In this document: in pieces, positions 35,404 through 44,963 of the stretch
Numbering within the stretch: position 1 is the stretch's first letter
Layout of the letters: each line of letters begins with the position of its first letter
IMG/VR virus record: IMGVR_UViG_3300023179_000089
Coordinates: 1 to 64,000 of that record
Length of the DNA: 64,000 bases
Origin: a virus
Strand: one strand, 5' to 3'
Position numbers and translations under genes: made by a program
The notes under the pieces: model-generated
Seen by the model: only the letters and a program-made list of their open reading frames with translations
What the model was told of the DNA's origin: nothing
The model's database searches: none

Positions 35404-35795
35404 TGGCAACACTGCAAACACAATACCAAAACTATCTTAAAAAAAATCCACACTGTAGTTATGATGAGTGGCTTGATATTCTCAGCGATAAATTTTTAAC
35501 AATAATCAGACACGATGAACCAAGAGTGTCTGACGATTTTCAAATCGGACCTGATGGGGCGTATGAGCACACTGATATCTATCTAATAGATAGAGAAATT
35601 AATTTCAAAGACACTATAAATTCTTTAATCACCAGATTAGGCTCAGTTGAATACGATAACGGAGACTTGTCAGATTTGGGTAATGAAATTGGAATTGGAT
35701 TAGGCAATGTATTGTCTGACTTGTCCACAGATGAAATAAGTATGTTCATATCAGGTTTTAGACACGGAGTTAGTTTAACAAACGGAACACATTGA
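35403..35795 (+). CDS. hypothetical protein
   Basis: SDDFQIGPDGAYEH. Confidence 0.7.
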   Translation: MATLQTQYQNYLKKNPHCSYDEWLDILSDKFLTIIRHDEPRVSDDFQIGPDGAYEHTDIYLIDREINFKDTINSLITRLGSVEYDNGDLSDLGNEIGIGLGNVLSDLSTDEISMFISGFRHGVSLTNGTH

Positions 35796-35821
35796 TTTAA
35801 TAGTAATCATACTTAAATGTT

Positions 35822-36034
35822 ATGAGTAATAAACCAATAACAAGAGAACATTTCTCACAACAATCACAAATAAATTCAAACGCTAATAAGTTTTTTGCGT
35901 TAGTGAAAACAGACGATTATTTAGACAATTTTAAATTAACTGAATTGCCAGAATATTTGTTTGATGATTATGAATTCATTACAAATAGAGGGATATTTCC
36001 AGTTGTCAAACAAATTACGAAATTAAATAAGTAA
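35822..36034 (+). CDS. hypothetical protein
   Basis: ORF. Confidence 0.55.
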   Translation: MSNKPITREHFSQQSQINSNANKFFALVKTDDYLDNFKLTELPEYLFDDYEFITNRGIFPVVKQITKLNK

Positions 36035-36093
36035 AAAAGATTTGTAGAATTGAAAAATTATTCTTATCTTTATGTATAATAAAAATTTAAACT

Positions 36094-36339
36094 ATGGCAA
36101 AAGTAACATTAGAATTTGACTCTTACGAAGAGGCAGTAGAATTAGAAAATGCGCTAAATGGAAGTAAATGGAGTTCTGCATTTTGGGAATTAGATCAAGC
36201 TTTACGAAATACTACTAAGTATGGAGTTCCTTTAAGAGGATTTACCGAAGGAGCGACTTCTGAAGAAATAGAAGCTGCAGACCGCTGCCGAGAATTAATT
36301 CGAGAAGTATTATCTGAATATAGTCTTAAATTAGGCTAA
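36094..36339 (+). CDS. hypothetical protein, paralog of 36604
   Basis: EFDSYEEA...LDQALR.TTKYG; promoter at 36041-36080. Confidence 0.8.
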   Translation: MAKVTLEFDSYEEAVELENALNGSKWSSAFWELDQALRNTTKYGVPLRGFTEGATSEEIEAADRCRELIREVLSEYSLKLG

Positions 36340-36343
36340 CAAT

Positions 36344-36502
36344 ATGGGACTAGTTGAACACGCAAAAACAGAATTACAAATAGCCGGACTATTTGATGAA
36401 GACTCCGACTACAATGGAACGCTTGGGTGTGGTTATGAATTACTACCAAATGAAACTCCTCTTGAATGTTTAATGAGAATGGAAAAAGAAAGAGAATTTT
36501 AA
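36344..36502 (+). pseudogene. chimeric truncated copy of the 36861 gene
   Basis: MGLVEHAKTELQIAGLFDEDSDYNG then switches to an unrelated tail GCGYELLPNETPLECLMRMEKEREF*. Confidence 0.65.
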
Positions 36503-36603
36503 TAATATAAAACAAATGATTAATACACATACAAAGAAACAATAATAAAAGTTTGGTAAATTGTAAAATTCTACTTATTTTTATGTATAATAAAATATAA
36601 TCT

Positions 36604-36855
36604 ATGGCAAAAATAACATTAACATTTGAATTCGACTCTTATGAAGAAGCTGAAGAAATAGAAACCACTTTAAATGCAAGTAAATGGAAAGCTGCATTTT
36701 GGTCTTTAGATCAAGCGTTACGTGACACTACTAAATACGGTGCTTCTTTAGAACGCGGCGGCGGTGAAGCTACGCCTGCAGAAATAGAAGCTGCAGAACG
36801 TTGTAGAGATTTAATTCGTGAAAAATTAAATGAATATAATCTTTTTTTAAATTAA
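36604..36855 (+). CDS. hypothetical protein, paralog of 36094
   Basis: same motifs; promoter at 36552-36592. Confidence 0.8.
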   Translation: MAKITLTFEFDSYEEAEEIETTLNASKWKAAFWSLDQALRDTTKYGASLERGGGEATPAEIEAAERCRDLIREKLNEYNLFLN

Positions 36856-36860
36856 ACAGT

Positions 36861-37433
36861 ATGGGACTAATAGATCACGCAAAATTAGAATTACAAATAG
36901 CAGGACTATTTGATAGCGACTCTGATTATGGAGGAATGGTAGCGCAAGATGTATTAGAATTAATAGAAGTATTTTCTAAACAAGGCCATTCAGGTATGTC
37001 AGCTCCTTATGTTGCAAGTATATTTAATAAGTTAGCCAACTATGAACCACTAATACCGATTACAGGTAAAGATGAAGAGTGGGGCGATGTAAGAAATTTA
37101 GGTGATGGAAAACCTTGGTATCAAAATAAAAGATGTTCAGCACTCTTTAAAGATGGAAAAGACGGTAAGCCATACTATATTGACGCTATTGTAAAACGAG
37201 ACCAAAATAGAACTTGCTGGAGTGGATTTGCTTGGTTAAGTGAAGAAGATTATAAAACAGGAGACAGAAGTAAAATGGTTGGTAAAAAAGGTTACATTAA
37301 GTCATTTCCATTTACACCTAAAACATTTTACATTGACGTAAAGGATGTAGAAGTAGCAAAGGATGATTGGGAGTCATTTATAGTCGATCCTTCTCAATTA
37401 GACGAAATTCGTAAATATTACGATCTAGATTAA
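36861..37433 (+). CDS. phage hypothetical protein
   Basis: FSKQGHSGMSA...PITGKDEEW...QNKRCSALFK. Confidence 0.8.
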   Translation: MGLIDHAKLELQIAGLFDSDSDYGGMVAQDVLELIEVFSKQGHSGMSAPYVASIFNKLANYEPLIPITGKDEEWGDVRNLGDGKPWYQNKRCSALFKDGKDGKPYYIDAIVKRDQNRTCWSGFAWLSEEDYKTGDRSKMVGKKGYIKSFPFTPKTFYIDVKDVEVAKDDWESFIVDPSQLDEIRKYYDLD

Positions 37434-37443
37434 ATAGAATAAA

Positions 37444-38058
37444 ATGATTGATAATTTATCATTAATAAAACCGATTTTAAGCTTTCATGAAGAAGGTGAT
37501 TTTTATATGCTTTATGTTTTCAAACGTAAGAAAGATCAACCGGAAGATGAAAGAGATAATCACCAATCAGTTAGAACTATTAAAACTTACTGTATCGAAA
37601 GCATAGAACATTTAGATCGTCGTTACGAAGAAATTAAACAGCTTTGTGAAATGTTTAAAGCTAGAGCATATATACATGTTCAAAAACAAAATCATAAAGA
37701 TGTTTCTCTTAATATGATGGTTGATCTTGCTCAAAGAATTCAAAATGGGCAACATGATCAGAAAGGTCTATTTGATTCGGTAGTCGGTCAAATAAAAACA
37801 AAAGAAAAGAGATGGATAGTTGATATCGATACAAAAGATCAAACAGAAATTGATGCAGTTAAATTTGCAATCAACAAATTCTGTCGTCCTGAAGGTGATA
37901 AAATTGAAGCTATCATTCCTACCAAGAACGGGTTTCATCTAATCACCGAAAGATTTGATGTTCAAGAATTTACCAAACATTTTCCTAACATCGATATTCA
38001 AAAGAAAAATCCTACTCTTCTTTATCTACCAAATACATTATCTAACGACTTATCATGA
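37444..38058 (+). CDS. AEP/primase-polymerase-like protein
   Basis: WIVDID (hhhDhD) and TKNGFHL motifs. Confidence 0.5.
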   Translation: MIDNLSLIKPILSFHEEGDFYMLYVFKRKKDQPEDERDNHQSVRTIKTYCIESIEHLDRRYEEIKQLCEMFKARAYIHVQKQNHKDVSLNMMVDLAQRIQNGQHDQKGLFDSVVGQIKTKEKRWIVDIDTKDQTEIDAVKFAINKFCRPEGDKIEAIIPTKNGFHLITERFDVQEFTKHFPNIDIQKKNPTLLYLPNTLSNDLS

Positions 38059-38228
38059 GAAGTAAAACAATACAACGAATTATAGATGAGATGGATAAAG
38101 ATACATGGTATATTAAACTTAAACGTTGGATTAGACTTCAAACGTGGGTTTATATATGTTTAACTAGAAAATATTGGGACAAAAAATATGAACATTACAT
38201 TTTTAAAAAATTCATTAAATCAAATTAA
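38055..38228 (+). CDS. hypothetical 57-aa protein (not in ORF track)
   Basis: overlaps the neighbouring stop and start codons. Confidence 0.55.
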   Translation: MRSKTIQRIIDEMDKDTWYIKLKRWIRLQTWVYICLTRKYWDKKYEHYIFKKFIKSN

Positions 38229-38494
38229 TGGAAAATAATCTAATAGACAAAATTACTTATTCGCATTACTGCCATGTTTGCTCAGGTTGTGGAGAAGAAG
38301 GATGTTGTTCTCCATTAATGTGTAAACAAAGTCCTGAAGGGAACTATTGCGAATCTTATTTGAAAGATTTAAAATTTGGGTATAAAATGTATGAACATTT
38401 GATGGAACTGGTTGGTGACGATGAGAAATATAAAGAACAAATTGACGAGTTATGGGATAAAACTTACGATAGAATTTACACTTCAATAGAATAA
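38228..38494 (+). CDS. Cys-rich hypothetical protein
   Basis: CHVCSGCGEEGCCSPLMC. Confidence 0.7.
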   Translation: MENNLIDKITYSHYCHVCSGCGEEGCCSPLMCKQSPEGNYCESYLKDLKFGYKMYEHLMELVGDDEKYKEQIDELWDKTYDRIYTSIE

Positions 38495-38498
38495 AAAT

Positions 38499-38666
38499 AT
38501 GAATAAACTAAATTTAACCAATCTTCTAGTAGGAATTATGGTAATTCTCTTAGCCTTAGTTACAGAAAACACATTTATGACACCTATCTTACTTATTTTA
38601 GGTTCAATAAATTTAGTTATCGGTCTTAATGGTATTGAGTTTATTAGAAAAAAACTAAATAAATAG
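38499..38666 (+). CDS. small membrane protein (not in ORF track)
   Basis: 55 aa, two hydrophobic segments. Confidence 0.5.
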   Translation: MNKLNLTNLLVGIMVILLALVTENTFMTPILLILGSINLVIGLNGIEFIRKKLNK

Positions 38667-38682
38667 TAGACGAAATAAAAAG

Positions 38683-38772
38683 ATGAACAAACTAGACCAA
38701 GACTATTTAGCACTCCTTCAAGATATACTTGATAATGGAGTTGAAAAGAAAGACAGAACGACAAACCAATAG
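38683..38772 (+). pseudogene. 5' fragment of thymidylate synthase
   Basis: MNKLDQDYLALLQDILDNGVEKKDRT vs thyA MNKLDKDYLALCQDILDNGTKKETR. Confidence 0.8.
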
Positions 38773-38926
38773 AAAGTTATGAATAAAGAAAGAAGAATAA
38801 TTAAAGTACCTGTCCCAAAAGAAATTTGGGATGCTGATATGTCAATATGGAATGTACTCTTTGGGAGAAGAGATATTATGGGAGCTTGGATGAATAGTAT
38901 AAAAGATGTAATTAAACAAATGAATT

Positions 38927-39145
38927 ATGAATAATAACATAGACAAATTAATAGAGCAAGGCGCTGAATTGGCACGTAAACACGAAGAGCTACGTGATGA
39001 AATTTTAAACAATCCTGATATGCCGCAGGAGTTGAAAGACATTATCATTAAAAACAGAATACCTGATGATAAGATAGTTGATTTGACAGGGGGTAAGAAA
39101 ATTAAGTATATTAATCCTGATACATTTGAAATTGAATATGAATAA
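38927..39145 (+). CDS. hypothetical protein
   Basis: 72-aa ORF. Confidence 0.6.
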   Translation: MNNNIDKLIEQGAELARKHEELRDEILNNPDMPQELKDIIIKNRIPDDKIVDLTGGKKIKYINPDTFEIEYE

Positions 39146-39289
39146 CATAGATAAAACAATAGAAAGTTATGAGTAACGAAATAAAAAACCAAAATATAAT
39201 TCAAATAGATTTGAGTGGTTGTAAAAATTGGAATGAATGTATGAAGGTAATAGAATTAATTACATTAGGTAGAGTTAAAATTAAAGTAA

Positions 39290-40567
39290 ATGAACAAACT
39301 AGATAAAGATTATTTAGCACTATGTCAAGACATTCTTGATAATGGTACTAAAAAAGAAACAAGAAATGGTGACACCATATCTGTATTCGGTAGACAGATA
39401 AGACATTCTATGAAAGATGGCTTTCCATTGCTTACAACCAAGAAAATTCATTTCAAATCAGTAGTAACTGAGTTGCTTTGGTTTTTACAAGGTAGAACTG
39501 ATTTAAAATGGTTGTTAGAACAAGGTAATACTATTTGGGTGGGTGACGCATATAAGAATTGGTGTAAACAATTTGAAGTTGACCCAAACAATTTTGATGG
39601 AGAGGAGATTGCTAAAGGTCATAATGACCAATGCTGGGGATATCCTATACTGGACCATGTTAAACCTACATCAAAGGAATATAAGAGAGGACAGATAAAT
39701 GCTTATTTAGAAGGTAAAGCAGAAAAACCATTTTTTTACTTAACACAAGAAGAATTCATCAACAAAATCAAACTAGATGATGAGTTTGCTAAGAAGTGGG
39801 GGTCACTCGGAAAAATTTATGGGGCGCAGTGGAGAAGTTGGACAAACTATACTGGTAATGAAATTGCTGAAGGTACTTATGAAATGACTAATGAACCGAT
39901 AGACCAAATCCAAAACCTAATCAACGACCTTAAAACAAATCCTGATTCTCGCAGACTTATCGTGAATAGCTGGAATGTAGGTGAGCTCGACCAAATGGTT
40001 CTTCCACCTTGTCATTATGGATTTCAAGTTTATACAAGAGAGTTGAGTTTTGAAGAAAGGTATAATAAATGGTTCACCTATAATTACGAAACAGGTATGG
40101 AAAGATTTTTTGACCCAAACAACTTACCTGACTTTGACAACGAATATTATGTTCGAACTCCAACCAGAGCAATCTCTCTAATGTGGAATCAACGTTCAGT
40201 AGATACATTTTTAGGTTTACCGTTTAACATAGCATCTTATGGTTTACTACTTGAAATCATTGCTAAAGCTGTAAATATGGTTCCTGATGAATTGATTGGT
40301 AACTTAGGTGATGTGCATTTATATTCAAATCATATTGAACAAGCAAAGGAACAGATTGGTAGAACACCTTATGAACTACCTAAACTAAACATCAATACAG
40401 AGTTTTGGCCATATGAAGGTGGTGAGTGCGGTGTAGGTCCTTTAGATGCAGTTGCAGTATTTGAATCATTTAAAGATGAAAACTTTTGTAAGTGTTTGTT
40501 GGAAGAAGATATTCAGTTAAGTAATTATGAATCACACCCAACAATTAAAGCCATTTTATCAAATTAA
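39290..40567 (+). CDS. thyA: thymidylate synthase with large insertions
   Basis: GFPLLTTKK, ELLWF, YGAQWR, PDSRR, LPPCH, QRSVD, PFNIASY, DVHLY. Confidence 0.95.
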   Translation: MNKLDKDYLALCQDILDNGTKKETRNGDTISVFGRQIRHSMKDGFPLLTTKKIHFKSVVTELLWFLQGRTDLKWLLEQGNTIWVGDAYKNWCKQFEVDPNNFDGEEIAKGHNDQCWGYPILDHVKPTSKEYKRGQINAYLEGKAEKPFFYLTQEEFINKIKLDDEFAKKWGSLGKIYGAQWRSWTNYTGNEIAEGTYEMTNEPIDQIQNLINDLKTNPDSRRLIVNSWNVGELDQMVLPPCHYGFQVYTRELSFEERYNKWFTYNYETGMERFFDPNNLPDFDNEYYVRTPTRAISLMWNQRSVDTFLGLPFNIASYGLLLEIIAKAVNMVPDELIGNLGDVHLYSNHIEQAKEQIGRTPYELPKLNINTEFWPYEGGECGVGPLDAVAVFESFKDENFCKCLLEEDIQLSNYESHPTIKAILSN

Positions 40568-40594
40568 TCGATATTTATTAATAAAAGCATAAAC

Positions 40595-40903
40595 ATGAAA
40601 AAATCAGAATTACAACAAATTATTAGAGAAGAAATTCGTAAAGTATTAAACGAAGCAAGTAATTTGCCTGTGACTATAACATCAGTAAATGGAAAGTCAT
40701 TTTATTTTACTAAAGATTCCTTTAACTCACCTAAAATAGATGGAGCTGGATTTATCCAACAATTAAGAGACTTAGAAGCAACAGCTCCTGACGGATATAC
40801 TTCAGCTGAAATGTGGGTACATGATAAAGAAACAAGACGTACTCCAGGTGCAAGTGCTAATATTAAAGTGAATCCATCTAAGTTTTCTGCCTATTTCAAA
40901 TAG
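40595..40903 (+). CDS. IIREEI-leader protein (putative head cargo)
   Basis: MKKSELQQIIREEIRKVLNE; ATATTTAT at 40571. Confidence 0.8.
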   Translation: MKKSELQQIIREEIRKVLNEASNLPVTITSVNGKSFYFTKDSFNSPKIDGAGFIQQLRDLEATAPDGYTSAEMWVHDKETRRTPGASANIKVNPSKFSAYFK

Positions 40904-40964
40904 GGAAAATAATAATTAAAGCACCTTTATCAAATTAATGATATTTATATTAAAAGTATAAACC

Positions 40965-41234
40965 ATGAAAAAATCAGAATTACAACAAATTATTAGAGAA
41001 GAGATTCAAAAGGTATTAAGTGAAAATAAAGAACTTATTAAGTTTAAACAACTAATTGATAAAGGGGAGATAAAAAAAGCAGCTAGACTGTATTACGGTA
41101 CTGGGGCTATAACAGGTAATGATGCTAGAGAAGCACTTAAATATGTTAAATCAAAGGGATTAGAAAAACAATTTGATGATTTAGATCCGGATGTTGATCC
41201 TGCTGGAGGTAGTGGACTATATTCACATATATAG
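40965..41234 (+). CDS. IIREEI-leader protein (putative head cargo)
   Basis: MKKSELQQIIREEIQKVLSE; ATATTTAT at 40941. Confidence 0.8.
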   Translation: MKKSELQQIIREEIQKVLSENKELIKFKQLIDKGEIKKAARLYYGTGAITGNDAREALKYVKSKGLEKQFDDLDPDVDPAGGSGLYSHI

Positions 41235-41425
41235 ACTATAATCACACCCAACAATTAAAGCACTTTTAACCAATTTAAAAAGTTATGAATTTACAATTTA
41301 ATAGCATTGATTCGCAATGTTATATACTCCCTTACATAAAAATTACCTACAGTAAATGGTTAACAGGTAATTATGAAATTATCATAGGTTGGCTTACTAA
41401 AGAAATATGCATTTCATTTTAAATT

Positions 41426-42121
41426 ATGAAAATAGAAGCGTTATTTATTTCAGACGTACATTTAGGATCTAAAGGCAGCTGTTCAGCACAGCTGCTTGAA
41501 GTTTTAAAAAGTTACGAACCTAAACATCTTTTCATTGTCGGAGATTTTATTGATGGATGGATTTTAAAGAAACGACATTATTGGTGTAATGATTTTAATT
41601 CAGTAATCAAAAAAATTATACAGTTATCACAACGAGGTACGCGTGTAATTTACATTACCGGAAATCATGATGATTTTTTACGTGGGTATTCTCCTATGTC
41701 GTTAGGAGACTCGATTCAAATTGTTGATGAATATATTTGGAACGGATATTACATTTGTCATGGAGATAAATTTGATGGTATAGTTAAACTTAAATGGTTA
41801 GGAGTTTTAGGATCGGTAGGATATGAGATAGCTATATCATTTGATCGTTTAATCAAGCGATTCGGATATAAATTTTCTTTAAGTTCGTTTCTGAAAAAGA
41901 ATGTAAAAAATGCAATAAAATTTATTACTAATTTTGAAACGCAACTTGCATATCAAGCAAAACATCATAGATGTCATGGTGTAATTGCCGGTCATATTCA
42001 TACCCCGGACAATAAAATAGTCGACGACATTCATTATTTAAACTGCGGTGATTGGGTAGAAAATTGCAGTTATATTATATACGACAAACACGAATTTTCA
42101 GTTAAATTTTACAATCAATAA
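41426..42121 (+). CDS. calcineurin-like metallophosphoesterase (UDP-2,3-diacylglucosamine hydrolase-like)
   Basis: SDVHLG, GDFID, GNHD, HGD, GHIH, NCGDW. Confidence 0.88.
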   Translation: MKIEALFISDVHLGSKGSCSAQLLEVLKSYEPKHLFIVGDFIDGWILKKRHYWCNDFNSVIKKIIQLSQRGTRVIYITGNHDDFLRGYSPMSLGDSIQIVDEYIWNGYYICHGDKFDGIVKLKWLGVLGSVGYEIAISFDRLIKRFGYKFSLSSFLKKNVKNAIKFITNFETQLAYQAKHHRCHGVIAGHIHTPDNKIVDDIHYLNCGDWVENCSYIIYDKHEFSVKFYNQ

Positions 42122-42125
42122 AGTT

Positions 42126-42575
42126 TTGGAACTTATTACTACATACATATGTAAGCAAGGAGATATTGGCGTACATAACAATATGTTCGGTGGAACGATA
42201 TTATCTATTATCGACGACGCTTCAGCTTCATACGCTGCGCAAATTTGTGATACGCAACGTATCGTAACTGTAAAAATAGATGAACTAGTTTTTACTAAAC
42301 CTGTTAAAGTCGGAAACATTTTAAAAGTATACGGGCAAGTCGTTGAATTTGGGACTACGTCAATTTCAATTTATATTGAAGTGCGAAAGCATAATGTATA
42401 CACCGGCGCGCAAGAAACTGTCACTCATACAAAAATTAAATTTGTGCGAATTGATGATGACGGAAAACCGTTACCAATTCATGAGTTTGTAAAAGTTCGA
42501 TATTTTGACCGAGTATCAAAATACGGAAAAGGTTTATTAAGTCAAGAAGAAAAGATGCATAATTTGGCACTTTGA
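42126..42575 (+). CDS. acyl-CoA thioesterase (hotdog fold, YciA-like)
   Basis: HNNMFGGTILSIIDD...FTKPVKVG...FVRIDDDGKP. Confidence 0.85.
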   Translation: MELITTYICKQGDIGVHNNMFGGTILSIIDDASASYAAQICDTQRIVTVKIDELVFTKPVKVGNILKVYGQVVEFGTTSISIYIEVRKHNVYTGAQETVTHTKIKFVRIDDDGKPLPIHEFVKVRYFDRVSKYGKGLLSQEEKMHNLAL

Positions 42576-42598
42576 TAATTTTGTCTTATATTTAAGTA

Positions 42599-42757
42599 AT
42601 GACAGAATTATTACATATACTAGGTGGTTGCCCAGACCACATATCACATCTAAATTTTCTAGATTTAATAGCTGCTGATTACAACAGCATTTCCGGTTTG
42701 TTACAAAACTTTAATTTTTTTAAACTTAAATGTATACAGCTTCTCAAAAGTATTTAG
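42599..42757 (+). CDS. hypothetical 52-aa protein (not in ORF track)
   Basis: MTELLHILGGCPDH; promoter TTTGG...TATATTTA immediately upstream. Confidence 0.5.
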   Translation: MTELLHILGGCPDHISHLNFLDLIAADYNSISGLLQNFNFFKLKCIQLLKSI

Positions 42758-42954
42758 ACATTCAATCTAGAATTGTCGATATTATTTACAGCTGCACTAC
42801 TGTTATTCAGTTAGAAGCATGCGAAAAATTAATTGAAAATTTTACAATAATTACAAATCCATCTAACATTTACGATCGGTTTTTAGTTGAAGAATGTGCT
42901 ATACATTTACAGGCTCGCGTTAATTTACGTAGAAAACTTTTAACCTGTAAGTAG
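42730..42954 (+). CDS. hypothetical protein
   Basis: IIYSCTT..QL.AC..LIENF. Confidence 0.65.
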   Translation: MYTASQKYLDIQSRIVDIIYSCTTVIQLEACEKLIENFTIITNPSNIYDRFLVEECAIHLQARVNLRRKLLTCK

Positions 42955-43040
42955 ATAACTAATTGACTTTCAATTGAAAAAGTTTACCAAATAATTTGGT
43001 ACTTTGGCAAATAAATACTATTTTTATGTATAGTAATTAA
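42955..43040 (+). promoter_or_regulatory. early promoter cassette copy 10
   Basis: ATTGACTTTCAAT, ACCAAA-N3-TTTGGT, TATTTTTATGTATAGTAATTAA. Confidence 0.8.
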
Positions 43041-43045
43041 AAAAT

Positions 43046-44353
43046 ATGACAGATTTTTCTTTAGTGCAAAAAGTAGTTGATGAGCTAAATTCAACCAATT
43101 CAATCAATGACAAAAAAGAGATTCTTGCAAAATATGCAAATAACGAATTTCTGAAAAAAGTATTGTATTATACATATAATCCATTTTATCAATATTATCT
43201 AACGCCTGATAACTTGGATAAGTATTATGATGAAGATCTTGGATCATTGTATGAATTTACAGATTTGTTTGAAATGCTTGATATTTTACGTAAACGTGAA
43301 GTTACGGGTCATAAAGCAATCAATTCTGTAAATTACTTTTGTCTTCGTAACGAAAAATATAAAGATCTTATTTATAAAATTATTGGTAAGGATTTAGAAA
43401 TCAGAATGGGTGTCAGTTTAATTAACAAAGTCATTCCTGAGTTAATTCCTTCATTTGATGTTGCATTAGCTACGCCGTTTGAAGATGTAGCAGTTGATTT
43501 TACAAAAGACTCTTGGTATGCGTCTCGTAAATTAGATGGAGTAAGATGTTTGGCCGTTATAGATGAAAATGGTCAGATATCTCTTTGGTCTCGTCAAGGT
43601 AATGAGTTTGAGACTTTACAAAAAGTTAAAGATGAAATTGCTAAACTTAATTTAAAAGATAAAGTGTTAGACGGAGAAATTTGTTTAGTAGATGGTAACG
43701 AAAATGAAGATTTTCAAGGGATAATGAAAGAGATACGTAGAAAAAACCATACAATTACTAATCCGAAATATTTAATATTTGACGTCATTGACGGTAGCGA
43801 TTTTCGAACCAAGTCGGGAAATACGTCATATTCTAGCAGATACGAAGAATTGAATGATTATCTGTACAATTACAAAGAAAAAGAATTAAATCATTTGCAG
43901 ATAGTAACCCAGTCTAAAATCATTAATGAAAAGCATTATGTTGAATATATGGAAAATGCTGATAGTATCGGTTGGGAAGGACTTATTTTACGTAAAGCTG
44001 ATTCAGTATATGAAGGCAAACGAAGTAAAAACATGCTCAAATGTAAATCATTCCACGACGCTGAATATACAGTTATTGATTTAGAATTTGGTCCTTTTAG
44101 AATGATTGAAAATGGATTGGAAGTAACTAAAGAAGTTCTTTCCAATGTAGTTATCGAGCATAAAGGAAATAGAGTTTCAGTAGGATCTGGATTTAGTATT
44201 GAAGAAAGAGAATACTTTAAAACTAACCCAAATGAGATTCTTAATAAAGTCATAACTGTTAAGTATTTTGAAGAATCAAAAAATCAATCCGGTAATTATA
44301 GTCTCAGATTTCCGACCGTAAAATGTATACATGGTAATAAAAGATTAGTATAA
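43046..44353 (+). CDS. lig: ATP-dependent DNA ligase
   Basis: KLDGVR, LDGEI, FDVI, EGLILR, VGSGFS, SLRFP. Confidence 0.95.
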   Translation: MTDFSLVQKVVDELNSTNSINDKKEILAKYANNEFLKKVLYYTYNPFYQYYLTPDNLDKYYDEDLGSLYEFTDLFEMLDILRKREVTGHKAINSVNYFCLRNEKYKDLIYKIIGKDLEIRMGVSLINKVIPELIPSFDVALATPFEDVAVDFTKDSWYASRKLDGVRCLAVIDENGQISLWSRQGNEFETLQKVKDEIAKLNLKDKVLDGEICLVDGNENEDFQGIMKEIRRKNHTITNPKYLIFDVIDGSDFRTKSGNTSYSSRYEELNDYLYNYKEKELNHLQIVTQSKIINEKHYVEYMENADSIGWEGLILRKADSVYEGKRSKNMLKCKSFHDAEYTVIDLEFGPFRMIENGLEVTKEVLSNVVIEHKGNRVSVGSGFSIEEREYFKTNPNEILNKVITVKYFEESKNQSGNYSLRFPTVKCIHGNKRLV

Positions 44354-44619
44354 TGGCAAGACCAAAAAAAGAACAAACTCCGATCGAACAAATGAAAAAA
44401 CCAAAATGGAAAATTGGAGAGATCGTCGACATTACCTTTTTAGGAGCATCTAAAAAAGTTAGATTAACTGAATTACGTACTCATCCGCAACATTCCGAGC
44501 GTTGGATTTATACAGGAGTATCTATTAATGACAGTATCATTATCCCGTTTATTGGAATCGATGGATCTGAACGATTTGCTAATATTTGGTCGAAAAAGAA
44601 ACTTATTACGAAAGATTAA
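44353..44619 (+). CDS. hypothetical protein
   Basis: overlaps the ligase stop. Confidence 0.65.
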   Translation: MARPKKEQTPIEQMKKPKWKIGEIVDITFLGASKKVRLTELRTHPQHSERWIYTGVSINDSIIIPFIGIDGSERFANIWSKKKLITKD

Positions 44620-44650
44620 TTTAATTATATAAACTTTAAATCAAATAATC

Positions 44651-44962
44651 ATGAAACAAGTTTGGATTAAAATTCAAAGCTACGTTAAACCTACATTAAA
44701 TGTAGCTTTATTTGCCGGAGCGGTAACCGGAGCTTTTTTCGGAGGATATTATTATACTTCCATGAAAAAAGTCGTTAACAGTTCTGAAATTGAATCTGTA
44801 AAAGTTATATCGTCAACAAGCTGCTCAATAGCAGTAACCGAACGAGGAGAATTGTTAGTTTTAAACCGAATTGATGGCACGTATAAATTATATGACGAAA
44901 CTATCGGATTATCAGTTTTCAAAGCTTACGGTAACAGAATAACTTCTAATCAACCTAAATAA
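44651..44962 (+). CDS. membrane-anchored hypothetical protein
   Basis: N-terminal TM; precedes SLT. Confidence 0.7.
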   Translation: MKQVWIKIQSYVKPTLNVALFAGAVTGAFFGGYYYTSMKKVVNSSEIESVKVISSTSCSIAVTERGELLVLNRIDGTYKLYDETIGLSVFKAYGNRITSNQPK

Positions 44963-44963
44963 C

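Larger units (their letters stand above)
40530..41276 (+). repeat. three copies of the thyA 3' end flanking two cassette genes
   Basis: AATCACACCCAACAATTAAAGC exact at 40530 and 41240; partial copy (IKAPLSN*) at 40911-40938. Confidence 0.85.

Noticed and set aside
39290-40567. thyA as a dCMP hydroxymethylase for modified DNA
   Set aside because: It retains PFNIASY (Asn specifying dUMP) and the canonical thymidylate synthase motifs.
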